DNA of 63,645 bases, filler included, from Globobulimina sp. (GCA_003354225.1; 42 parts of 42 records of this genome joined end to end with filler, not necessarily neighbours in it); one strand, 5' to 3'; numbered from the whole stretch's first letter, positions 11,853-23,314 are shown. The notes: generated by a model not told the origin, from the sequence alone. Made by a program: numbers and translations.

Positions 11853-12152
11853 GATTTAAATTCTGGTCTTTTTCGTCAAGTTTTACTAAAGATATATTCA
11901 GATAGATAACCTTTCTCTTACGTTTTCAACAAACGTGAACGGGGTTATCTTTTAAATGGCGTCATTAAGTCAGATATTTTCCGTTTTGTACATATTTTTA
12001 TCACTTATGTGTCAATAGAAACATTATATTTTAGTGTAATAGAAACATCAATNNNNNNNNNNNNNNNNNNNNNNNNNNNNNNNNNNNNNNNNNNNNTTAA
12101 TTAATTAANNNNNNNNNNNNNNNNNNNNNNNNNNNNNNNNNNNNNNNNNNNN

Positions 12153-12262
12153 TTATCACGTTCAACATGAACATGTATTGGTTCATTACAATCATCCTTT
12201 AAATTATTAATTATATCAATATATTCATTGATCCGACCGATTTTTTGTATGAACCTTTCCAT
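12153..12262 (-). pseudogene. HEPN (DUF86/HepT-like) N-terminus running into DUF4160-like sequence (partial)
   Basis: ATG overlaps the MNT stop (TAATG); reads MERFIQKIGRINEYIDIINNLKDDC then NEPIHVHVERD. Confidence 0.6.
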
Positions 12263-12642
12263 TATATTCCCATTATCCTTTTTCTTTGGGTTTTAAACTC
12301 AATCGCATAATGAAGTATTTTTTGTTCATAATCCATCCGCTGGGAGGGTTTGTTATCACAGATCAATTTCCCATCTGAAATAATTTGATTCTGTAGGATA
12401 ATATTTTTACATTGATTCAAAATAACAATATCAATATTATTTTGCTTTAGCTTTCGATTGATCTCAAGATATAGATCTGTTTTAATATCAAAAGCATTTT
12501 TTTCAAGTCCTTTGTTTATATAAACAGCAATATCGATATCGCTTGATTCAGTATGGGTTCCCTGTGCCCTTGATCCAAAAAGATAGGCAAAGATGAATAG
12601 ATTTTCCTGATTAATGAATATCTTTTTTAAGGTTTCGATCAT
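12262..12642 (-). CDS. mntA: Minimal nucleotidyltransferase antitoxin (MntA-type), bacterial
   Basis: AYLFGSRAQG-x5-SDIDIAV and IDIVILN motifs; start codon uncertain. Confidence 0.9.
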   Translation of the reverse strand: MIETLKKIFINQENLFIFAYLFGSRAQGTHTESSDIDIAVYINKGLEKNAFDIKTDLYLEINRKLKQNNIDIVILNQCKNIILQNQIISDGKLICDNKPSQRMDYEQKILHYAIEFKTQRKRIMGI

Positions 12643-12928
12643 TATATTTATTTTCTTCCAATGCCATGGTATTCAAACCCATTTTTACGACTGGTTTTTA
12701 CTAAAGATCAGACACTTTATTCCACCTCAGTTAAAAAACATACTTTATATTGAATAATATCATAACGAAATTTTTAATAGAAGTTATTATTGAAGGGTTG
12801 ATATTTTTGGGATTTTTTCTCAAATTTCTCTTAAGCGTCTTCTTATTTGTCCTGTCAGGTAGATAGGGATTGAAGCCAATTTGTATTTCTTTTACCACAG
12901 AGGGCACTGAGGATGCACAGAGTTTTTA

Positions 12929-13570
12929 TTAATATAAGAAACCAAATAAATATAAAGGTATTTCATTTTTATTTCCGTAGAGAATATCATCTTTAACCAA
13001 ATAGGCCTTACCTGGACTATTTCTTATCTGTTTCTTTGTTTTGTTTTTCCCGCCGATTTCAAAAAAAATTTTGTTTGCCTCAAAATCGCCTGATTTATTG
13101 TAATATATTTTATACCCGGCATTTTTAAGCATTCGTATAAAGAATATTTCTCTAATAGTTCCGATCTTTGACTCATATCCAATTTCATGAATAATTGATT
13201 TATATAGGTCGGGATTATCTAAATAAATTTTTTCTGTCGGCTTTAAAAGATTGCTTCCGGATTTGTTTGTAGAAAGCAACTCTATCAGTCCTGTCTCTTT
13301 TAATATGTTTAAATAATTTTGAATGGTTTTATTATCTAATCCAATATTTTTTGATATATTATTTCTATTTAACTCTCCTGGTGGGATAGTTGCCAGATAT
13401 GACAATATCCTTTTAAAATTGATCAAGTTCTCTGTCTTTAGCTTGTAATAGTTTGAAATATCCTCATAAATCGTTTGTTCAATTATTCTTATAATTTTTT
13501 GATGATATGTGTTCTCATCTTCTAAATAAAAAGGATAAAAACCGCAGCCCAAATATTTTTTAAAATATCC
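12929..13570 (-). CDS. AAA_14/DUF4143 ATPase C-terminal part, bacterial (5' partial)
   Basis: YLGCGFYPF, HTH region ISKNIGLDNKTIQNYLNIL, KIYLDNP, IREIFF, FEIGGKNK, IPLYLFGFLY. Confidence 0.85.
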   Translation of the reverse strand, partial: GYFKKYLGCGFYPFYLEDENTYHQKIIRIIEQTIYEDISNYYKLKTENLINFKRILSYLATIPPGELNRNNISKNIGLDNKTIQNYLNILKETGLIELLSTNKSGSNLLKPTEKIYLDNPDLYKSIIHEIGYESKIGTIREIFFIRMLKNAGYKIYYNKSGDFEANKIFFEIGGKNKTKKQIRNSPGKAYLVKDDILYGNKNEIPLYLFGFLY

Positions 13571-13706
13571 ANNNNNNNNNNNNNNNNNNNNNNNNNNNNN
13601 NNNNNNNNNNNNNNNTTAATTAATTAANNNNNNNNNNNNNNNNNNNNNNNNNNNNNNNNNNNNNNNNNNNNCTCAAAAAAGTAGACAAAAACTTTAGCTC
13701 CAAAGA

Positions 13707-14990
13707 ATGAAAAGTGAACTGGAGCTATGCAAACCAGAGAATCAACAGAAGAAAGGGACTGATTCATGGTTTTCCATGTTATATCGAGGACGCAATGGAG
13801 CTTTTATGATTGGTGCAGTAGCAATTGATTCCTTATTAACATGGAAAGTATACTTATATTCATCAGAGATTGCATTTTTTATATTTGGTTTATCATTTAC
13901 TTTGGTACCATTATCCTTATTATCCATCGGTTTATGTTGTCAACAAAGTAACAATTATTATCAAGGCATCCCAATAATAAACATATTATGGATCTTATCG
14001 TTGGACAATAATAAAACAAAGATAATGCAAATTGCCTTATCCGTATTAATGTCATTACCGCAGTACCTATTAAATGATACATTTATTTTATCACAACGAA
14101 ATTTAACATTTTATAATAAATTGCAATTATTAGCTTCATATTTAGTGATTATGTTGTGTCCATTGCTTAATTTCTCATTGATTATGTTCGATGAATTGAA
14201 AAAAGAACAATTAAAAAATATATATTCCTCTGATGATAGCGATGTATTCCCATTCAATAGAAATAGAAATAGAAATTTAAAGAAGTGCAATAAAAAAAAA
14301 CATAAATATAAAAAATATGAATATGACATGAAATTATATTGTAAAGTATTGGTACAAACGAGCATTATGTTACCATTAATATTCATTGAATTGATCCATT
14401 TCTTCCCAGTCTTACTCGAATATTGTTATTATTCGCATATTGGTCTCACCGATTTGATGGGAAATATGATATTGTTCAATATACCGAAATTCCCCATCGC
14501 CGCATTGACGGTATGGATCGCCATCGACCACGTAAATAATACGAAGAGGAACAATAAATTAAATGATAATAATTGGTGTGGGTGGCATTTTTGGATGCTG
14601 TGCGGACTATTTTTATGGGCATTAATCACGCCATTAATCGTAGCCATCGCAGTGATTAAATCTGAATATAGTGTACATAAAACAATGTTATTTTTAGCCA
14701 TTGCATATATTGTAACGTCATATGGCGGGATGTGTGGCTGGTTGTTGTTATCTGTGGAGCCAAAATATTATGGACTTGGATTATATACAAAGTATTGCAT
14801 TGTTATTATTCTATTTTGTATATTTATAAACATTGTCATCCTTTTTATTGTGGATTGGTATGAATATTGCAGAAAAGGTGCTAAATCCAAATTTGTTACA
14901 TTGCCCTATGTTGAGGATGAGGAGGATGCGGAGGATTCGAGTATGGATTATGATGATGAAAAATTAAAATTGGTACAAATTCCATCTTAG
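13707..14990 (+). CDS. Hypothetical multi-pass membrane protein
   Basis: 427-aa ORF with many hydrophobic segments and an acidic tail. Confidence 0.75.
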   Translation: MKSELELCKPENQQKKGTDSWFSMLYRGRNGAFMIGAVAIDSLLTWKVYLYSSEIAFFIFGLSFTLVPLSLLSIGLCCQQSNNYYQGIPIINILWILSLDNNKTKIMQIALSVLMSLPQYLLNDTFILSQRNLTFYNKLQLLASYLVIMLCPLLNFSLIMFDELKKEQLKNIYSSDDSDVFPFNRNRNRNLKKCNKKKHKYKKYEYDMKLYCKVLVQTSIMLPLIFIELIHFFPVLLEYCYYSHIGLTDLMGNMILFNIPKFPIAALTVWIAIDHVNNTKRNNKLNDNNWCGWHFWMLCGLFLWALITPLIVAIAVIKSEYSVHKTMLFLAIAYIVTSYGGMCGWLLLSVEPKYYGLGLYTKYCIVIILFCIFINIVILFIVDWYEYCRKGAKSKFVTLPYVEDEEDAEDSSMDYDDEKLKLVQIPS

Positions 14991-15232
14991 ATACCAAGCA
15001 AATTTATAATTTTATATTTTTTATTTTGTTTTTTCTGATTCCTTTCTTTTTTTTCATCTGCCTTTGTGCAATGTATATGTGAAAGTTGGNNNNNNNNNNN
15101 NNNNNNNNNNNNNNNNNNNNNNNNNNNNNNNNNTTAATTAATTAANNNNNNNNNNNNNNNNNNNNNNNNNNNNNNNNNNNNNNNNNNNNACATATCCTTT
15201 TTCGCTATAGAAAACATTTAAAGTGTTTAATA

Positions 15233-16237
15233 ATGGCAGAGAGAGACCTAAAAGAACCGTTGATGAACAAATTGCAATTGGAGATACTTATCAGTGGTTA
15301 TTGTAGAGAGAATTGCAGCCAAATGTTTGAAACTGTAATGTTACAGGATTCCATTTTGAATTTCACAAAAAATGATATACTTGTCATAGATTCGACTGTC
15401 TGGAATGTAGATCTAGAACATAATAAAGACAAATGTCCTCATTTATTAATTGAAAATAAGTGCGCCATAAAATGTAGTGCAGAAACGGTGATAGAAATAA
15501 AATGTGACATATTATATAACAATGGAGTTATTGATGCAAGCGAATGTGGCCCACAATGCCAATCTGAAGGTGTGTACAGCGATGGTTGTGGTAAAGGCGG
15601 TGAATTCAGAAACAATAAATGTAGTTATTCTGGGGCATCACACGGAGTTTACGGCTCAAGTTCAGATGTATCCGCTGGTAAAATATATGGAAATAAAGAA
15701 TTAACAAAATTATATTTTGGTTCAGGGTCTATGGGTAATTTTGTCCGCGGCGGTGGAATTATAATAATTTCATGTAACAGATTTGTAAACACACAAAATG
15801 GAATTATTAAATGCAACGGAGATGATCGAAGTTGTTCAGGTGGTTCAATATTAATTGTTACGAATATATTTACAAATAACGGCAGTATTCAATCATTGGG
15901 AGGCGAGGGGTTAACAAAAGTAAAATATGTTTTTGGTCAACGTGCATCAAAAATATATTTAAGGTAATACTATTTCAGACATATTGATGGCTGATAATAT
16001 TATCAGAACAATTAAGGCAATCTGTGGAATATTTTAATAGATGTAATCGTTCTGATAATTATCACATGTCAATTAATGATTGTTAGTGGCGGTCATGGCA
16101 GAATTGCAATTTATGCGTCAGTTACAGATAATGGTGGTACGATCGAACCAGATCCATATTTTGGAGAATATTTGGAAGGATTGGATATAATAAAAAATAT
16201 TGAGAGTAATAGAAAAGAATATATTGTTTATGAGTAA
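15233..16237 (+). CDS. Gly-rich repeat protein (GGGIII/SGGSILI/GHGRIAI), spliced 3' end
   Basis: ORF 15233-15967 plus last exon about 16087-16237 (GGHGRIAIYA..IEPDPYFG); intervening splice sites not resolved. Confidence 0.65.
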
Positions 16238-16707
16238 ATTGTAATATTTAGACTGTATATAATGGTATGGATTCGCCGACGAATTTATCAATAAATGAAA
16301 AGTTGCCATGGCATGAAAATAAGAAAAATAATCTCTTTCTTGTTTGTAAATATTTATATTTATGTTTATAGTTTAAGCACGTTGCACATTCCGAGTCTTT
16401 TGGACAAAAATCGATGCTTCAATAGATACAAAATTAAAATATTCGGTTGACATTACACAATTTAAATATGATGATATTAGTCAACTGCAATAGCAGCCAT
16501 CCAATGATCCGTAGCAATAGCAGCGCAGTACGGGATGCATATGCCATTGGATGTATAACAACCAACAAATGAACGACGATCCAATGAAGGACTAAATGTG
16601 ACACATTNNNNNNNNNNNNNNNNNNNNNNNNNNNNNNNNNNNNNNNNNNNNTTAATTAATTAANNNNNNNNNNNNNNNNNNNNNNNNNNNNNNNNNNNNN
16701 NNNNNNN

Positions 16708-17156
16708 CCTTTATTAACTCCATCATGAATATGAAATCCTTGCATTGGTAAATTTGTAAAATTTTGTACCTTGATATTAACATCAATCATTTGATTTGGA
16801 TAAATTTTAGCTACATTATCTTTCCAAGAAAATGGAGAAATTTTAACTGTTCCATTCATTTTAATATCATTAGTAACTGTATTAGTTTGAGCATGAATAA
16901 ATGGTATACAATCTTTAATTTGTATTTTTAATTCTCCATTTCCTTTACCTCCACATCCACATCCCTGTTTAGTTTTATTAACGCATGGACAAAAACTTTC
17001 AGAAAGAGGACGAGCATAATATGTTTGACCTACAGGAGTTTTACTAGTTAAGGGACCAAAATGTGCATCTAAATAAGGTCCATTTTTAGTTAATGCCTGA
17101 AATTGTTCTGATGACAATTTGGAGACAGGTGCTTAGAAATTAATAGTATATTCCAT
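16708..17156 (-). CDS. GFHIH-motif protein (CHRD- or Cu/Zn-SOD-like), putative viral; in-frame TAA at codon 8; 3' partial
   Basis: GTVKI..VNIKVQNFTNLPMQGFHIHDG; ATG 17156 is in frame but TAA lies at 17135-17133. Confidence 0.5.
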
Positions 17157-17179
17157 ATATATATATAAATTTAGATTTT

Positions 17180-17458
17180 TTACTTCTTAATAGTTATAAG
17201 TAAATATAGAAGAGATAAATCTCCAAGCATAGCTGCAGAATTAGCTATAATCATTGGTAAAGCTTTAAGAAATAAAGCATAAATTAAGAAACAAGTAGAA
17301 CCAAAAAGATCCAATAATATAAATTTAACGTCTAAACCTTCAATTTCTTTTGTTGAATAAACATGATAAATTTCTGGTATTAATCTAATAGAAAAAATAA
17401 AAGTACCTAAATATCCTATTACTTTTGCATGATTTGATAACTCCACTTTTTTAACCAT
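17180..17458 (-). CDS. SemiSWEET/PQ-loop small transporter, putative viral
   Basis: 92 aa, three TM segments, IRLIPEIYHVYSTKEIEGL and LPMIIAN motifs. Confidence 0.8.
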   Translation of the reverse strand: MVKKVELSNHAKVIGYLGTFIFSIRLIPEIYHVYSTKEIEGLDVKFILLDLFGSTCFLIYALFLKALPMIIANSAAMLGDLSLLYLLITIKK

Positions 17459-17477
17459 TATATATAAATTTATATAT

Positions 17478-18107
17478 TTATTGTCTCTCAAATGTTAAAA
17501 GTGATGTTTGATATGGTACAATAACACCAATAGATGATTGATTAGAAATATCATCAAAATTAGGTGTTTTATTCATAATCATAAATTTCTCACCATCCAT
17601 ATAATTACCTATATAGAAATAACATTTATTCATATTATTTTCCATTAGCTTACTAATTAAATTTTTAGGAATACAAAATAATACAAATACACATTTTGAA
17701 AAATAAATTTCATTATTATTTTGATCCTTTACTATCCTAGTCTCAGCTTTATCAAAACCTGCAATGTAAAATAATACGGTTTCATCACTTTCTTGAAGAT
17801 TATTGGAAACAGTTGATATAATTTGATCATCACTAAGATTTGACATAAATTTTAAATCTAATGATATTTCTTGTCTATATCTCTTTGAAATTAAAACGTG
17901 ATAAATATTATTTTCTGCTGCATTAATAATATCATTAAAATTATTTGACTGAATTACCTGTTCACTACTTTCTACTTGTTCTTCTTTTACTTCCTCATCT
18001 ATATCAAATGGTTCTTCACGCTTTCTTTTTTCTCTATTGGATTGTTCATCTGGAGAAATAAAATAGTCTCCTGAAGCATCCATATCCCAAAGACCACGAG
18101 ATGTCAT
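17478..18107 (-). CDS. Hypothetical protein, putative viral
   Basis: 209-aa intronless ORF in a tightly packed co-oriented cluster. Confidence 0.75.
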   Translation of the reverse strand: MTSRGLWDMDASGDYFISPDEQSNREKRKREEPFDIDEEVKEEQVESSEQVIQSNNFNDIINAAENNIYHVLISKRYRQEISLDLKFMSNLSDDQIISTVSNNLQESDETVLFYIAGFDKAETRIVKDQNNNEIYFSKCVFVLFCIPKNLISKLMENNMNKCYFYIGNYMDGEKFMIMNKTPNFDDISNQSSIGVIVPYQTSLLTFERQ

Positions 18108-18655
18108 ATTTTATATTTTTAAAAANNNNNNNNNNNNNNNNNNNNNNNNNNNNNNNNNNNNNNNNNNNNTTAATTAATTAANNNNNNNNNNNNNNNNNNN
18201 NNNNNNNNNNNNNNNNNNNNNNNNNAAACAGATTTTCGTTTAAAATGCAATGAATCAGAAACATCGTCACATCTCAATTAATAACTGCATCTTTAATATA
18301 TTTAATTTCAATGTTTCAATGTTAAGATATTTAAAATATGAATATTGCGCAATTAAGGATCCTTGAACAATATAAGAACAACCCCTTGTAAAGCAGTTGA
18401 AGCAACTATTGAGTTAATTTATTGTGGTGATAAGTCCGCTCACCACAATGAAAATTAGCTCAATAGTTGTGACGGGACTTTAAGCTTAATCTCGTCGATC
18501 GTTTCGTGACATTGGTATTACCTAAGTTTGCCTATTCATTTTCACTAAGTTTGATTGAACGATAACATCTAGTTACCTAAGTTACCGAGTTTAGATATGG
18601 TAATATTCACATTGCGTTTTCCCCGTTTTTTTTGCGACACGATATTGACTGTTTG

Positions 18656-19499
18656 AAAATGCCATCCTTGTTCGACTAGTTTTCTAAAATGCCATCCCAG
18701 TGACGTTTTTTTCAGACTTTCTGAGAGGAAATGTCAAGCCAGCGCATAAATAAGATATTGAATGTGGAATGACTGGAATCAAAAGGTGTCAATCAGATTA
18801 ATTGGATCAATGTGATTTATCGCAGATTTGAAACTTATGGAAATTTAAAATATTGCGTCTGTAGGGATGTTGTCATATTGCAATATCATACGCATATCCG
18901 CATAAATATTTTGCAATCAATGGCCAAGGGATTATAGATTCATTATGTCTGGTTCGAATACAGGGAAATTGAATCTACATAAGGAATTTGTGATGGTAAT
19001 ATGGAAGAAATAGGTATAGAAAGGGACAAGGTGTCGAAAGATGATTGGTCAAGAAAGTTGTCTTGTTAATTGCAAGGATCGTTTACATCAAAATTATTTT
19101 TTTAATTTATCGTATTTGCGCATAAATGCAGCAATTTTTTGATACATCCTTGCACCTTAGAAACTGTTGACAATTCATTAATATCATAAAGAAATTGCGG
19201 CATTTTTGCGCAAATACGATAAATTAAATAAAAAGACGATAAATTATATTTAAATAAATATGTTTCATAACAAAGACCTTCACGTCACCAGTACCAACGA
19301 CCACTTGTCCTCTCTACTTATTTCTTCCATATTCCTTTAATAAATATTGCAATTGATCCTCATATTCGTATCATTATGCATTTCTATCAAACAATCTCAA
19401 CTTTGCAATGCATTGCAGCTGGATTCAGCTTGAGTTAGTAAGTAAAAACAATTAGCTTTTTAAAAACACACATCACGATGGCATTTGCGATGGCATTTT
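18656..19499. mobile_element. Decayed foldback / long inverted-repeat element
   Basis: Nested inverted matches: 19101-19137 vs 19192-19228 (35/37); 18998-19012 vs 19319-19333 (15/15); doubled aaatgccatc at 18656/18686 vs doubled gatggcattt at 19477/19489. Confidence 0.6.
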
Positions 19500-19743
19500 G
19501 GATTTATGTACAAAATTCAAACGCATCTATGTCATGGAATTTCCTGCGATGATAGCTGAACGTTTGGAAGGTCAAACAAATGGTATTAAAGAACACAAAA
19601 CAGATATTAAAAGTCAAAATCCAGCAATATGAAATTCACGGACNNNNNNNNNNNNNNNNNNNNNNNNNNNNNNNNNNNNNNNNNNNNTTAATTAATTAAN
19701 NNNNNNNNNNNNNNNNNNNNNNNNNNNNNNNNNNNNNNNNNNN

Positions 19744-21151
19744 ATGATCCCGTTTCATACTGCTTCCTCTCACTACAATCCGCGTCATACTTATACTTAA
19801 ACAATGACTGATTTGTACACATCTCAACCGGTGCAATATTCGGCAATGTACCACACAAAATATGATATCCATCAAATATCAACTTATCCGTACATCCATT
19901 ATAAAACACTTTGCGATCATTCATACCATCAAACAATACCCGCATAGGCACAACCACAGCGTATAACAACTCCAATATCGGTATAATACACGATATATTC
20001 TTCTCCATCGACAAAATATCAATCACCAAATGTATAAACTTCTTTTCCTGCAACAACACCCATAAATATTCACTATAATCCATGCCATATTCCCCGCACC
20101 GCATTCGTTGTATAATACACATCAATGCCTTAAGCGCCGTATTGCGTTGATTAGCAACCGTAGATTTACTTAAATGTATCAATTCATTCACAGTATAACC
20201 GGGTTTCAACGGTTCCTCGCCATGATGATGCAAACCAGACACAATTATATTTTCTTCAAATTTTGTCTTTTCCTCTGTCTGTATAATGCCTTTATTATCA
20301 CACAGCACTTTGCCATCGAATCCAAAACGAAAATATATCAACGGATTATCGCCAAGCATCATTGGCAGAGTATCTGCTTTGTGATACTTTGATTGTTCAG
20401 CAGAAACATTCAAAGGTTCCATCCATTCCATTTTCTCCTTTTGCGAGGGTCCAGGAATGTTTTTGTTGCGATCTGTGGCGGAATCAATGCTGGCGGATAT
20501 TTCCTGGGCGGGATGCATCCATTCAGTGTCACTCAGTGTGTTATTATTTTGTGTGGCTGGCACTGTACAGGTTGCAGTGGGTGTTATTTTCGTTGGTTTT
20601 AATGGTTTCGACTGGCGAATAACAGCGGCCGTTGGTGTTGGTGTTGCTGTTTTTGATTCATACGATATTTTTATTTTCTTTTTTTTCGCATTTACAGGTT
20701 TATCTTTGTCATTTGTGCTGTGGCTGTTTTTAGTTAACAATGCGATTAATTTGGGATCTAATGAAGATAATAATTGTTGTCTCATTTCGAGAATTTCAGA
20801 TTCATTGTGTTGTTGTAAGAATTTGCTATTTTCAGCGCCTATTTTGTGGATATCATCGTTGGGGACAATGTTGGATTTGATATTTAATTTGTGAATGAAT
20901 GATATGTTGTCTTTGTGTTCTGCGGTATTTGGGTCATTTGGCATGGCCGAAGCCAATGCATTGAACATTGAATCGTGTTTTTGTTGATTGCGGTCATTGG
21001 GATTAATTTGCTGATGATCGGAATTGTGAGGTTTGTGAGTTTTGTTTGATTGCATTCTTTGAGCAAATAATGATAGTTTTTGTTTTTTGGGTGGTTTCGG
21101 TGGAATGGAGGATTCATTGTTAATGTTAAAGAATTGTTGATGATGCCACAT
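19744..21151 (-). CDS. RPAP1: RNA polymerase II-associated protein 1, N-terminal half (partial)
   Basis: IGAENSKFLQQHNESEILEMRQQLLSSLDPKLIALL (RPAP1_N) and GLHHHGEEPLKPGYTVNELIHLSKSTVANQR (RPAP1_C). Confidence 0.92.
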
Positions 21152-21263
21152 GGAATCGTTTNNNNNNNNNNNNNNNNNNNNNNNNNNNNNNNNNNNNNNN
21201 NNNNNTTAATTAATTAANNNNNNNNNNNNNNNNNNNNNNNNNNNNNNNNNNNNNNNNNNNNTC

Positions 21264-22535
21264 GGAGTTTGGATTTTTCTATGGACCGCACTTGTTTTTG
21301 GCGGTGGTTCAAGTTGCAATATCTATGCGTTATTTGCATCAACAGTCGCATGGATAATTGCAAATTCGTATCAGCAGATATTTTACATTGGAAAAGTCTG
21401 CGTATTACGTAACTATTTAGATGACTTTTTCGCAGGACATAAAAGTGAAAAAATGTGTTGGCGGCAATTCTATGCAATAAAATGGATGTTTAAAGTGCTT
21501 GGAATCCCAACACAACAAAGAAAGATGATATCGCCGACGCAGATATTGATATGGATCGGATTTATAATAAATTTAATCACAGAAACGCTATCCATACCGA
21601 TGGCAAAAATAATAAAGACGGTAGTTAGAGGGAGAGTGCTATTGAAAGCACATGAAAATAAGGAATGGGTGGAGGCAAAGCAGATATCGGGATACATCGG
21701 TATAGCGCGACACATTTCGTACGTTCATTACTATATAATTCCGGCCTTACGGCGATTGGAGGAAGCCGTGGCAGGAAAGGAGCCAAAGGATAAAATCCGA
21801 ATAACTGTGGAGATGGCAAGGGATATAATGATGGTCATTGAGCCAATAAAGAACAATGACAACAACAGCATAAAATTCAAATGGTTATTGTATGATAAAT
21901 CCGCTGCAGACGTCACCATTGAAACAGACGCATCGGGAAAGATAGGAATTGGTGGAATAGAAATGAAAAATAATGGAATTTATTACGGAGTTCTATATAA
22001 AGAATTATTTGAATGGAACGCGGCCAATCCACCGGATATTGTATACTTAGAGTTGTTAGCAATATATGTAATGCTAAGTATAAATCCGGCGACGTGGAGT
22101 GGTAAAGCCGTATTATTATTATGTGACAATAAAGCGGTATGCGCAATAATTGCAAAAAAGTGCGCATGTTTTTACCGCAAAGATCTGCAAGAACTGATAC
22201 GAGGAATTTGCGGATTATGTATAAAATATAAATATTACATTTGGATTAATTGGATATCAACACATATGAATCCAAGATCCGATGGTTTATCGAGAGGAAA
22301 GTGCAATGCATTAAGCACTTGTAATAAGGAATGGAAATTAAATAATGAAAGTACCAAAGCAATATTGGCAGCAAATGAAGGTTTAAGAATATATAAGGAA
22401 GCAAGAAAGAGAATGCCTAATTTAAAAGGCAAGGAAAAGCAATGCAAATGTAAGAATGAGATAACTTGTAAACAACAAACTGTATACCCAAAGTGGCAAA
22501 GTTTGAGAAATAATAGACACAAACACCAGTTTTAA
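21264..22535 (+). mobile_element. DIRS/Ngaro-type retrotransposon RT-RNase H ORF (5' partial)
   Basis: Frame open from 21264: LVFGGGSSC, YLDDFF (21414), then DIRS-type RNase H TDASG, IVYLELLAI, LCDNKAV, WISTHMNPRSDGLSR. Confidence 0.88.
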
Positions 22536-22779
22536 GCAAATACAAATATTTAAAACATATTTATCTGTCTTTGATAACCTCTGTAAAACGTTTCTCTTTT
22601 TTTTCTAAATTTAACTAAACGTTTTTTTACCACAAACTGAACAAAAAACTTCTAAAACACAAACTAAGATGAAACCAAGNNNNNNNNNNNNNNNNNNNNN
22701 NNNNNNNNNNNNNNNNNNNNNNNTTAATTAATTAANNNNNNNNNNNNNNNNNNNNNNNNNNNNNNNNNNNNNNNNNNNN

Positions 22780-22885
22780 AAACCCCCATAAAACACCTAT
22801 GAAACCCCCCTAAAACCCAGATGAAAAAAATATGAAACCCCCATAAAACACATACGAAACACCTATGAAACCCATCTAAAACCTA
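22780..22885 (+). repeat. Degenerate short tandem repeat (aaacccccata / aaacacctatg units)
   Basis: About 11-nt periodic A/C-rich units at the contig start. Confidence 0.6.
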
Positions 22886-23314
22886 TTGTGATGGAAATTG
22901 TAGAGTCATGGTAACTATATATACATTTATATGTGTTGAAAAGTAGTTGCCATATTGCCATTTTGCCACACTTTTTGCCATTGTTATAATGTGGCAAAAA
23001 GTATGGGAAAATGGCAACTGTTTTTATACTCTGGAAAAATAAATTGCCGCTTTATTTATGTGAATTCGCCGCGGTGAATCGAGTAAAGTTTTTTACATTT
23101 TTAATTTTAAATTTAATTCCTCTCAAAGTAGTATCACTACGAGGGGCCATAAGGAATTTATAACAACAACACACTCATACCAATAATTCAAGTATCTAGC
23201 AATACAATGTGGACCATTACGTTGATTGTAGCGAAGGGATTGTTTGCCCATATAGGCTTATAATTTTCACGGAACTTGTTGATAAAAAGACTCGTTTTTG
23301 TGATCCGACGGACA

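Noticed and set aside
7596-13571. RAYT, MNT-HEPN and AAA ATPase as one defence island, or as transfer into the protist
   Set aside because: They lie on two separate contigs with eukaryotic contigs between; no physical linkage to each other or to host DNA.
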